A stretch of DNA of 64,000 nucleotides, taken from NCBI GenBank assembly GCA_964579825.1, contig CAZOHT010000010.1, forward strand, positions 36,624 through 100,623, written 5' to 3'. Source of the stretch: an uncultured Anaerolineaceae bacterium (GTDB taxonomy: Bacteria; Chloroflexota; Limnocylindria; Limnocylindrales; CSP1-4). A program made the translations under genes and the position numbers. This document shows positions 54,114 through 64,000 of the stretch, in pieces (within the stretch, counting starts at the first letter, position 1; every line of letters starts with the position of its first letter). The notes under the pieces were generated by a model. It saw only the letters and a list, made by a program, of their open reading frames with translations, was not told where the DNA came from and ran no database searches.

Positions 54114-54932
54114 ATGGCGAACCCCAGGGACCTCCGCGACGCGCTCCTGGTCAAGCCCGGCCACTCGGTCCGGCTGAGCAAGCTGGACCCAGGTGCCACC
54201 CATGGCTTCGACAAGGAATCGGCGGCGCCGGTCCTCGAGCGCCAGATGGCCCGCCTCACGGAGCTCCAGGATCGGCTGTGGGCGGAGTCGAAGCGATCCG
54301 TGCTGGTCGTGCTGCAGGGCATCGACGCGGCCGGCAAGGACGGGACGATCCAGAAGGTCATGGAAGCGTTCAATCCCCAGGGCTGCGTCGTGTCGAGCTT
54401 CAAGGTCCCATCCGTCGAGGAGCTGGCCCACGACTACCTGTGGCGCGTCCACAAGCGCGTTCCCGGCAAGGGCGAGATCGGCATCTTCAACCGGTCCCAC
54501 TACGAGGAGGTCCTCATCGTGCGGGTCCACGAGCTCGTGCCGAAGGCGGTCTGGAAGACGCGCTACGACCAGATCAACGCCTTCGAGGCGCATCTCGCCG
54601 CGAACGGGACCACGATCGTCAAGTTCTTCCTGTCCATCGATCGGGATGAGCAGCGCCAGCGGTTCCAGGCGCGCTACGACGACCCGACCCGCCGCTGGAA
54701 GTTCTCGATGGGCGATCTCGAGGAGCGCAAGCGCTGGGACGATTACCAGGCCGCGTTCGACGAAGCCCTCACGCGCACGTCCACGAAGCACGCCCCGTGG
54801 TACGTCATCCCCGCCAACAAGAAGTGGTTCCGCAACGTCGCCGTCGCCAGCATCCTGGCCGACACGCTGGCCGCGATGCGCCCGCAGTACCCCGCCGCCG
54901 AGGAGCTCCCCCCGAACCTCGTCATCGAGTAG
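54114..54932 (+). CDS. ppk2: polyphosphate kinase 2 family (single-domain PPK2)
   Basis: VVLQGIDAAGKDG (Walker A), NRSHYEEV, and WKFSMGDLEERKRW...APWYVIPANKKW. Confidence 0.9.
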   Translation: MANPRDLRDALLVKPGHSVRLSKLDPGATHGFDKESAAPVLERQMARLTELQDRLWAESKRSVLVVLQGIDAAGKDGTIQKVMEAFNPQGCVVSSFKVPSVEELAHDYLWRVHKRVPGKGEIGIFNRSHYEEVLIVRVHELVPKAVWKTRYDQINAFEAHLAANGTTIVKFFLSIDRDEQRQRFQARYDDPTRRWKFSMGDLEERKRWDDYQAAFDEALTRTSTKHAPWYVIPANKKWFRNVAVASILADTLAAMRPQYPAAEELPPNLVIE

Positions 54933-55176
54933 CGGGCGGGCGAGGTGGCCTGATTTGCCGGCCGGGGGTACGATCGACACACCTTCGCATCGCCGTCGGA
55001 CATCGCCCGTTCCCCGAACTGTCCGGTGATTCCCCGCCGATCGGCCGCGAACGTCGTCTGCCGGCCGAACCGGTCGCGCTGTATCCCCGGTCCGCTCGAA
55101 GGCCGCAGGTGGGTGTCCACGATCGACATCGGACCCGGCAGTCGGCGACGTGGATCTCGAGTAGGAGGCAGGACTC

Positions 55177-56199
55177 TTGTCGGTCTTGAACGGCGTCCAA
55201 CGGACGCCTCGTCACATCCCATCCCACCGAAGGACCCGGATCGCGGCGATCGCGCTCCTGGTCGGTGTCGCACTCGCAGGGTCGCTACCCGCCGCGACAC
55301 CAGCAGCCGCTTCGACCTCTGTCGAAGCCGGACCCTCGATCGTGATCGGTCGGGGTGTGCGCACATCGACCACGATCGGCGTGCCGCCATCCATCGACCC
55401 CACCCAGCCCGCCGCCAAGACGATCTCGGTCGGCCGCGGCAAGGTCGGCGTGACCGTCCGCACCAGCAACGTGACGTTGGACGGCTACCGCATCACCGGC
55501 CCCCAGTACAGCCGATACGACAGCCGCGAGATCGGCATCCTCGTCGCCGGGACCGCGTCGGCACCCTTGCGCAACGTCACGATCCGGAACTGCACGATCA
55601 CGCGGTTCGGGTACGCCGCGATCGTGATCCGGTACGTCGAGAACTTCCGGATCGAGAACTGCCACATCCGGAACGCCGTGTACGCGGGGATCATGGTCAT
55701 CTCGGGAACGACCGGGCTGATCCAGGACAACCTCGTCCAGCGCATCGGCGTGGTCGGGTATCAGACGATGAACATGAACTCGTACGGCATCGCCCTCACC
55801 GATGCGGGCGGAACGGTGTCCCGCAACATCTCCGTCATCTCCAACACCGTCGAAGACGTCCCGCAGTGGCACGGCATCGACACCCATGGCGGACGAGACA
55901 TCGAGATCGTGGCCAACACGATCCGGCGAACGAATCGGGCCATCTTCATCACGACGACGACCGGCGGCCGTCGGGCTGCCGACATCGTGGTGAGCAGGAA
56001 CTGGATGAGTCAGCCGACCCGCCGCGTGGATGTCCGCTACCGATACCCGTACAACCAGTTCGGGATCACCGTGTACCGGGCGGATCGGGTCACGGGGACG
56101 CTCAACGGGTTCGACGGGTGGCCTCGAGGGAACCACCTGAATGTCTCCGGCAGCACCGGCGTGTCGATCACGTCGCACCGGTTGTATCGCCCGACCTGA
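55177..56199 (+). CDS. secreted right-handed beta-helix repeat protein (PbH1-type); paralog D (distant)
   Basis: TTG start 8 nt after AGGAGG. Signal RIAAIALLVGVALAGSLPAATPAAAS. Repeats NVTLDGYRI, NVTIRNCTI, FRIENCHI and ISVISNTV. Confidence 0.7.
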   Translation: MSVLNGVQRTPRHIPSHRRTRIAAIALLVGVALAGSLPAATPAAASTSVEAGPSIVIGRGVRTSTTIGVPPSIDPTQPAAKTISVGRGKVGVTVRTSNVTLDGYRITGPQYSRYDSREIGILVAGTASAPLRNVTIRNCTITRFGYAAIVIRYVENFRIENCHIRNAVYAGIMVISGTTGLIQDNLVQRIGVVGYQTMNMNSYGIALTDAGGTVSRNISVISNTVEDVPQWHGIDTHGGRDIEIVANTIRRTNRAIFITTTTGGRRAADIVVSRNWMSQPTRRVDVRYRYPYNQFGITVYRADRVTGTLNGFDGWPRGNHLNVSGSTGVSITSHRLYRPT

Positions 56200-56206
56200 C
56201 GTTAGG

Positions 56207-57871
56207 TCACCTGCCCCTGCCGCCCCCGAACAAGGTCCCGAAGATGCCGCGGATGAGGTCCTGACCCGCGCGCGAGCTGACCACCTTGCCGCCGGTCCGG
56301 ATGGCCGAGTCGATCGATCGCTGCCGGGCGCGGTCGGCGTCCGCCTGGGCCTTGGCCTGGGCCTTTCGCTCGCGTTCGGCGGCCTTCTGCGCGGCGGCGA
56401 TGTCCCTGGCCTGGCGCGCGATCTCGCGCTGCTGCTGGGCCGGTGTCATCGTGTTCATGCCGGTCGCGGTCGTCGGGTCCACGCCGGCCCGCATCGCGGC
56501 ATCGGCCGCCGCCGCCCGGGCGGCGGCGATCCGGCCGTTGATGATCTCGTAGGCGCTCGAGCGGTCCACGGTCGCGCCGTACTTCGATGAGAACATGCTG
56601 CCGACGAGGGCCGCCTGGAATGCCTCCGGCGCGATCGGCGCCATCAGCGAGTCCGGCGCCAGCAGCCGGGTGGCAGCCAACGGTGTGGGGACGCCCCGGG
56701 GCGACAGGACCGTCACCAGCGCCTCGCCCGTCCCGAGTGAGGTGATCGTCTTCTCGACGTCGTAGAACTCGGTCGTCGGGAAGGTCCGGGCCGTCTTGCG
56801 CAGGGCATCGGCGTCGTCCGGCGTGAAGGCGCGGAGGGCGTGCTGGACGCGATTGCCCAGCTGGGCGAGGACCGCGGACGGCACGTCGGTGGGCGCCTGG
56901 GTCACGAAGTAGATCCCGACACCCTTGGATCGGATGAGCCGGGCGGTCCGCTCGACCTGGTCCATCAGCGCCTCGGACGCATCGTCGAACAGCAGGTGCG
57001 CCTCATCGAAGAAGAAGCACAGCTTCGGCTTGGGCAGGTCGCCGGCCTCGGGCAGGCTCTCGTACAGCTGGGCCAGCATCCACAACATGAAGGTGCTGAA
57101 CAGCCGGGGCTGGTCCATCACGTCCGACAGCTCCAGGACGCTGATGATCCCATGCCCATCCGCCGTGGTCCGCAGCAGGTCGTCGACATCGAACTCGGGC
57201 TCCCCGAAGAAGACGTCCGCGCCCTCCTGTTCGAGCACGACGATCGAGCGGAGGAGCACGCCGACCGACGCGCTGGACATCCCGCCGTAGTCGGCCAGGA
57301 TCGGCTTGCCCTCGTCGGACGAGAGGAACTTGAGCGTCGCGGCGAGGTCCTTCAGGTCAAGGAGCGGCAGGTCGTTGTCGTCGCAGTACTTGAAGATCAG
57401 GGCCAGGATGGACGTCTGCGTGTCGTTGAGGTCCAGGACCTTGCCCATCAACAGCGGCCCGAATGAGTGGACGGTCGCGCGGACCTGCGCGCCGAGCTTG
57501 CCCGACAGGGACAGGAACTCGACGGGATGCCCCGAGGCCTGGTAGTCCCAGGCCAGCGACGTGACGCGCTCCTGGAGCTTCGCGTTCGTCGCATCGCCGG
57601 GAGCGGCGAGGCCGGTCAGGTCGCCCTTGATGTCGGCCACGAACACGGGTACGCCCGCCTTCGACAGCTGCCCGGCCAGGAGCTGCAGGGTCTTCGTCTT
57701 GCCGGTCCCGGTGGCTCCGGCGATGAGGCCGTGGCGGTTCAGCATGGACAGGGCGACCTGGACCCTCGCGTCGTTGAAGACCTCACCCGCATGCATCGGA
57801 CTGCCGATGACGAGGCCCGGTTCGGACAGGGCGTAGCCGGTGGTCATCGCCTCGCGAAATGCCTGGTCCAT
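56207..57871 (-). CDS. HerA-like helicase-domain ATPase (DUF853/YjgR family)
   Basis: LNRHGLIAGATGTGKT (Walker A), CFFFDEAHLLF (Walker B), YFVTQ, and a C-terminal Ala/Lys/Arg low-complexity tail. Confidence 0.8.
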   Translation of the reverse strand: MDQAFREAMTTGYALSEPGLVIGSPMHAGEVFNDARVQVALSMLNRHGLIAGATGTGKTKTLQLLAGQLSKAGVPVFVADIKGDLTGLAAPGDATNAKLQERVTSLAWDYQASGHPVEFLSLSGKLGAQVRATVHSFGPLLMGKVLDLNDTQTSILALIFKYCDDNDLPLLDLKDLAATLKFLSSDEGKPILADYGGMSSASVGVLLRSIVVLEQEGADVFFGEPEFDVDDLLRTTADGHGIISVLELSDVMDQPRLFSTFMLWMLAQLYESLPEAGDLPKPKLCFFFDEAHLLFDDASEALMDQVERTARLIRSKGVGIYFVTQAPTDVPSAVLAQLGNRVQHALRAFTPDDADALRKTARTFPTTEFYDVEKTITSLGTGEALVTVLSPRGVPTPLAATRLLAPDSLMAPIAPEAFQAALVGSMFSSKYGATVDRSSAYEIINGRIAAARAAAADAAMRAGVDPTTATGMNTMTPAQQQREIARQARDIAAAQKAAERERKAQAKAQADADRARQRSIDSAIRTGGKVVSSRAGQDLIRGIFGTLFGGGRGR

Positions 57872-57973
57872 GTGCCCTCCGGGGACGCGGGGTGGGTGAT
57901 CCGACGGGGAGTCGCAAGGGTATCATCGGCTTGACCCACGACAGGTACCCACAGGACACCGCAGGAGGCTGGG

Positions 57974-58378
57974 ATGAAGCTGGAAGAGGTCGAAGGCATC
58001 GGTCCGATCGAGGCCGAGAAGTTCACCCTGGCGGGTGTCGCGACGGGCGACGCCCTGCTGGAGCAGGGCGCGACACCGGGCGGCCGAGCGGCGCTCGAAA
58101 AGGCCACCGGGATCAGCGGCACACTCATCCTCAAGTGGGTGAACCGCCTCGATCTCATGCGCGTCAAGGGCGTCGGTTCCGAGTACTCGGACCTGCTCGA
58201 AGTCGCCGGCGTGGACTCGCCGGCCGAGCTGGCCCAGCGGAACGCCGCCAACCTCGCGACGACGTTCGAGGAGGTCGTGGCCGCCCGTCCGGGCACGGTC
58301 CGTCGGATCCCGACCGAGGCCGAGGTCGCCGGCTGGATCGCCGAGGCCAAGGACCTGCCGAAGGTGGTCGAGCACTGA
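57974..58378 (+). CDS. DUF4332 domain protein (helix-hairpin-helix)
   Basis: Two HhH-like units (VEGIGPIEAEKF; VKGVGSEYSDLLEVAGV). ATG follows AGGAGG. Confidence 0.65.
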   Translation: MKLEEVEGIGPIEAEKFTLAGVATGDALLEQGATPGGRAALEKATGISGTLILKWVNRLDLMRVKGVGSEYSDLLEVAGVDSPAELAQRNAANLATTFEEVVAARPGTVRRIPTEAEVAGWIAEAKDLPKVVEH

Positions 58379-58392
58379 CGCAGGGGGCCAGC

Positions 58393-58767
58393 ATGGGCGG
58401 CTTCAAGGCCTTCCTGACCAAGTCCAATGCGCTGGCGCTAGCCGTCGGCGTCATCGTCGGCGTGGCGCTCGGCGCGGTGGTCAACTCGCTCGTCAACGAC
58501 GTGATCATGCCGCCGATCGGCTACGTCCTTGGCGACGTCGACTTCGCGGCGATGAAGACCGTCCTCAAGCCCGCGACCGACAGCACCGAGGAGATCTCGA
58601 TCGGGTGGGGCCTGTTCATCAACTCCGTGATCGTGTTCGTCATCGTGATGCTGGTCGTCTACGTCATCAGCAAGCTCTTCATCAAGGAGGCGCCGCCCCC
58701 CGGCCCGTCCGCCGAGGAGATGCTCCTGACCGAGATCCGCGACGAACTACGGAAGCGCTCGGCCTGA
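58393..58767 (+). CDS. mscL: large-conductance mechanosensitive channel
   Basis: GFKAFLTKSNALALAVGVIVGVALGAVVNSLVNDVIMPPIG is the canonical MscL TM1 and periplasmic-loop start. Confidence 0.9.
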   Translation: MGGFKAFLTKSNALALAVGVIVGVALGAVVNSLVNDVIMPPIGYVLGDVDFAAMKTVLKPATDSTEEISIGWGLFINSVIVFVIVMLVVYVISKLFIKEAPPPGPSAEEMLLTEIRDELRKRSA

Positions 58768-58791
58768 CGGCCCGACCGACACCGCGCCAAG

Positions 58792-58819
58792 GAAGACCCG
58801 CCGGGAACGGCGGGTCTTC
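58792..58819. terminator. bidirectional hairpin terminator between convergent mscL and pheA
   Basis: Perfect 12-bp stem GAAGACCCGCCG-ggaa-CGGCGGGTCTTC. It lies 24 nt after the mscL stop and 3 nt before the pheA stop. Confidence 0.7.
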
Positions 58820-58822
58820 GCA

Positions 58823-59725
58823 TCAGGGGGCGGGTTCGTCCCTGGCTCGCGGATAGCTGCCGAGCACGCGGACCATCGTCGTCACCGCCCGGAGCCCGTC
58901 GAGCGCACGCTGCGTGGCGGGTGCGTCCAGATCGGCGTCGAGTTCCACCCAGAACACGTACTCCCAGGCCCGCTCACGGCTGGGTCGTGACTCGAGTTCA
59001 CTCATGTTCAGTCCGTGCTCGGCGAAGACGCGGAGCGCGGCGAGGAGCGTGCCGGGTTCGTTCTTGACCGCCATCACCAGGGTGGTCCGCATGGGAGCGT
59101 CCGCCGCCTCCTCGACCGACGGCGGGACGGGCGCACCGACCGCACCGGGCGCCCCGGACGCACCGATGACCAGGAAGCGCGTCCGATTGCCCGGCAGGTC
59201 CCCCACCTCGTCGACCAGGATCTCGAGGCCGAACAGGGCCGCCGCCCGCGGCGAGAGCACGGCGGCCGCTCCCCGCTCACCGCGGTCCGCGATCGCCTTG
59301 CCCGCACCGGCCGTGTTGTAGGTCGACAGCAGCTGCCACGGCCGAGTCCGCAGGAAGGCCTCCGCCTGCCCAAGGGCCTGGAGATGCGAGTAGACCCGCT
59401 CGATGTCTGCGAGGCGCTGTCCGGGCAGCGCGGCGAGGCAGAGCCGAACGGGGACGACGACCTCGCCGTGGATCCCCAGGTCGTATTCGAGCAACAGGTC
59501 GTAGTTCTCGCGGACGGTGCCGTGGACGACGTTCTCGATGGGCAGGACCCCGGCGCTCGACTCGCCGGCGCCGACGGCCTCGAAGACCCGACGGAACGAG
59601 GGATGACCCACGCGCTCCGGACCGGGGCCGAAGTACGCCAGGACGGCATCCTCGGCAAAGGCGCCCGGCTCGCCGGCGTAGGCGACGGTCGGCTGGTTGG
59701 TCACGCTCGCGAGTCTAGCGGGCAT
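58823..59725 (-). CDS. pheA: prephenate dehydratase
   Basis: VAYAGEPGAFAE, LPIENVVHGTV, NRTRFLVI and ESRPS (ACT domain) motifs. GTG at 59704 is an alternative start. Confidence 0.85.
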   Translation of the reverse strand: MPARLASVTNQPTVAYAGEPGAFAEDAVLAYFGPGPERVGHPSFRRVFEAVGAGESSAGVLPIENVVHGTVRENYDLLLEYDLGIHGEVVVPVRLCLAALPGQRLADIERVYSHLQALGQAEAFLRTRPWQLLSTYNTAGAGKAIADRGERGAAAVLSPRAAALFGLEILVDEVGDLPGNRTRFLVIGASGAPGAVGAPVPPSVEEAADAPMRTTLVMAVKNEPGTLLAALRVFAEHGLNMSELESRPSRERAWEYVFWVELDADLDAPATQRALDGLRAVTTMVRVLGSYPRARDEPAP

Positions 59726-59745
59726 GGCGCGAGGCAGCCGGCACG

Positions 59746-60903
59746 ATGCGGTACCGTGCCCGCATGTCGTCGACGAACCGGCCGAACTCCATCTGGGACG
59801 TGGTCTCCCGACGCGAGGCAAGGCTGATCTTCTGGCTGGCGCTGATCGCGCTGTTCGGCCTCGTCATGAGCCTCCTGCGCGACCTGTTCACCGCCCTGGC
59901 CGGCCCCGCGATCATCCTCTTCGTGGCCTGGCTGATGTCGTACGTCCTGGAGCCGCCCGTCTCCTGGCTCAGGCGTCACCTGCCGACCAAGGGTCGCGGC
60001 GTCCCGGTCGCCATCACCTACGTCATCACCGGCGTGACCGCGTTCGTCGTCATCGGCGCGGCGATCGTGGCCGTGGTCAACGCCGCCGTGGCCTTCGTGG
60101 ATGCCCTCCCGACGCTCATCCCGAAGATCGGCGACGCCCTCGAGCCACTGTTCACCCTGCTCGGGATCTCGATGCCGAGCGGTGGGTCCGTGGTCACGGC
60201 GCTGCAGACGTGGCTGGCCGAGAACGCGGCTGGACTGACCGAGACGCTCAGGTCGATCGTCCTGGGTGGGGTGACGATCGTGATCGGCCTCATCACCGCG
60301 GTCTTCATCTCGATGGGCCTCGCGGTCGGCCAGGTCTCGCTGCTGGGATGGCTGCGTCGGTTCCTGCCGTCGAGCACCTATCGGGACCTGACCGAGCTCG
60401 AATCGGCCATCGCCGTGTCATTCGGTGGGTTCGTTCGCGGGCGACTCGTCATCGGCGCGATCTTCGGCGGGATCATCGGTGTCGCCGCGTTCGTGTTCGA
60501 CGTCCCGTTCGCGCCACTCATCGCGTTCGTTGCCGGTCTGATCGTGTTCATCCCGTGGATCGGCCCGCTGATCGGCTGGGCGGTCCTGCCGGCGTTCGCG
60601 TTCATCCTCCAGCCGACGGTCGTGCTCCAGTGCGCCATCGTGAGCATCGTCGCGGCGGTCGCGGTCCAGCTGCTCGTCACCCAGTTCGTCATGGGCGCGG
60701 CCGTGAAGATGAGCCCGGTGGCGGTGTTCGTCGTGGTGATCATCGGCACGGCGTTGGCCGGCGTCCTCGGGGCCATCTTCGCGATCCCGACCGCGGCGGC
60801 GATCCTGGCCGTGACCGACTACCTCAAGGAGCGGGACGTCCTCCTGCGCGCCGCGGATGTCTCCGATGCGCCGACAACAGCCGTCGGAGACGCGACGGCC
60901 TGA
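59746..60903 (+). CDS. AI-2E family transporter (UPF0118/PerM-like)
   Basis: About 8 TM segments. The characteristic IPWIGPLIG and C-terminal VFVVVIIGTALAGVLGAIFAIP are present. ATG at 59764 is an alternative start. Confidence 0.8.
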   Translation: MRYRARMSSTNRPNSIWDVVSRREARLIFWLALIALFGLVMSLLRDLFTALAGPAIILFVAWLMSYVLEPPVSWLRRHLPTKGRGVPVAITYVITGVTAFVVIGAAIVAVVNAAVAFVDALPTLIPKIGDALEPLFTLLGISMPSGGSVVTALQTWLAENAAGLTETLRSIVLGGVTIVIGLITAVFISMGLAVGQVSLLGWLRRFLPSSTYRDLTELESAIAVSFGGFVRGRLVIGAIFGGIIGVAAFVFDVPFAPLIAFVAGLIVFIPWIGPLIGWAVLPAFAFILQPTVVLQCAIVSIVAAVAVQLLVTQFVMGAAVKMSPVAVFVVVIIGTALAGVLGAIFAIPTAAAILAVTDYLKERDVLLRAADVSDAPTTAVGDATA

Positions 60904-61179
60904 TCGCCGCTCGCGGCGTGCGTGGCGGTCGCGGGCGCGGTGCGGCCGACCTTCTCATCCAGCCACCGGGTGACTCGTAACCACGAACTTGCGCCTCGCC
61001 GGACGAGCGATCTGGAGCGTTCGAGCATGACTCACGCTCAACGAGTGCCCGACCGACCGCCGTCCAGAACCGATCGCGGCCGTACCAGCCGTGTGGTGGC
61101 TGGACGCGAGGGTGGCGGGCCTGCCAGGCGACTACCAGCCATGTGGTGGATTGATGCGACGGCCGCGATCGAGCCCCGG

Positions 61180-61211
61180 CCGGCCGCGGTCGAGCCCCGA
61201 CCCGCGGCCGG
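61180..61211 (-). terminator. possible GC hairpin terminator after the leuB-cimA operon
   Basis: CCGGCCGCGG-12 nt-CCGCGGCCGG (10-bp perfect stem) begins 7 nt downstream of the stop at 61218. No U-tract. Confidence 0.35.
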
Positions 61212-61217
61212 GACCCG

Positions 61218-61759
61218 CTACCGCTCGAACCAGGCCGTCGTGTCGTGCTCGCCCTCGCCCTCGTCGAGGTCGGCGCGCCGCTCGCGGGCGGCCCCGGCCG
61301 ACACCGGGGCGACCGCTCCGGCTGGGCTGGACGCCACCTTCGTCGCGGCATCCGCGGCCGCACCGGACCAGTGGGCTTCACCGAGCATCGCGTCGAGCGC
61401 CCCGATGTACGCCTCGATGCTGGCGGCGATGATGTTCGTGCTGCTCGCCTCGCCCAGGTACTCGCCGGCCCCGCGGTCCCCCTCGCCGGCCGGTGGCGCG
61501 ATCCGCACAGTCACCGCCCCGACCGCATCCGGACCTTCGCCCAGCGCGTGGATGTCGTACGCCAGCAGGCGCGGGTGCCCGCCCAGCACGGCGACCAGCG
61601 CCTTGTCGACCGCGGCGTAGAGGGCGTCGATCGGGCCGTTTCCCTGGGCGGACGCGCGCCAGTGCCGCTCCCCCGCTGCCAGCACGACCGCGCCGCGGCT
61701 CTGGCTGTTGCTGCCGGAGGTGACGGTCCAGCGGTCCAGGTGCAGGGCGGTCCCCTCGG

Positions 61760-61763
<4 letters not shown>
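61218..61763 (-). CDS. stand-alone LeuA/CimA C-terminal regulatory (LeuA_dimer-like) domain protein
   Basis: GNGPIDALYAAVDKAL and SSTNIIAASIEAYIGAL parallel CimA's own C-terminal GNGPVNALDAALRKAL and DTNIIAASAGALADSL. ATGA overlap with the cimA stop. The rest of the 746-aa track ORF is shadow. Confidence 0.65.

Positions 61764-64000
<2,237 letters not shown>

Noticed and set aside
51491-54649. 1052-aa ORF on the plus strand
   Set aside because: It runs antisense to the ACAD and aldehyde dehydrogenase genes, which have clear catalytic motifs. It is Arg/Gly/Asp-rich low-complexity sequence. The real plus-strand gene here is ppk2, in another frame (54114-54932).
54933-55176. Leader of beta-helix paralog D, and the leader of paralog A (19417-19578), checked for a third and fourth GEMM-I-like element
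   Set aside because: Neither contains the GCACA / GNRA hairpin / CGCAAAGCC / AGCCGGGUUGCC blocks. Only a generic GUACC(C)GAU similarity is present.
56207-57871. HerA-like ATPase considered as part of a defence system
   Set aside because: It looks like the housekeeping DUF853/YjgR type. No nuclease, Sir2, DUF4297 or other defence partner is adjacent. The neighbours are a beta-helix exoprotein and a DUF4332 protein on other strands.

Overview
GC-rich bacterial chromosomal window (third codon positions are almost all G/C), Actinobacteria-like in gene content. About 58 protein-coding genes are supported. I found no rRNA, tRNA, CRISPR array, transposase or integrase. Most long Arg/Pro/Gly-rich ORFs in the six-frame track are antisense shadows of real genes.

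Layout:
- 1-6.2 kb: housekeeping genes, namely a PRTase fragment, a KamD-like protein, DppA, a fused MoaD-MoaE, an O-methyltransferase and an MBL-fold hydrolase.
- 6.4-16.4 kb: a co-directional run centred on an amino-acid:carrier-protein ligase cassette (carrier protein, ACAD-like, truncated SerRS-like class II ligase, DUF1839). It is extended by an SDR epimerase, a GH2-like protein, a tandem alpha/beta-hydrolase and a methyltransferase.
- 16.4-18.5 kb: an HpaB-type monooxygenase and a flavin reductase.
- 19.6-38.7 kb: a Wzx/Wzy-type polysaccharide locus with Wzz, Wzy, an epimerase, three GT4s, a priming sugar transferase, two DegT-type aminotransferases and Wzx. It is interleaved with paralogous secreted beta-helix proteins. 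Two of these carry near-identical leaders of about 82 nt that look like GEMM-I (c-di-GMP-I) riboswitches.
- 39-40.3 kb: lhgO.
- 40.3-47.9 kb: an eight-gene minus-strand block joining a TasA-like/SipW module to two ATP-grasp ligases, a LarA-like enzyme and ComA/ComB (sulfolactate) homologs.
- 48.2-54 kb: an acyl-CoA metabolism operon.
- 54-64 kb: ppk2, a fourth beta-helix protein, a HerA-like ATPase, mscL, pheA, an AI-2E transporter, and leuB-cimA followed by a stand-alone LeuA regulatory-domain gene.

The most interesting items are the TasA/SipW plus sulfolactate/ATP-grasp block, the paired riboswitch-like leaders, and the aa:CP ligase cassette. All functional calls rest on motif recognition by eye. 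No searches were run.
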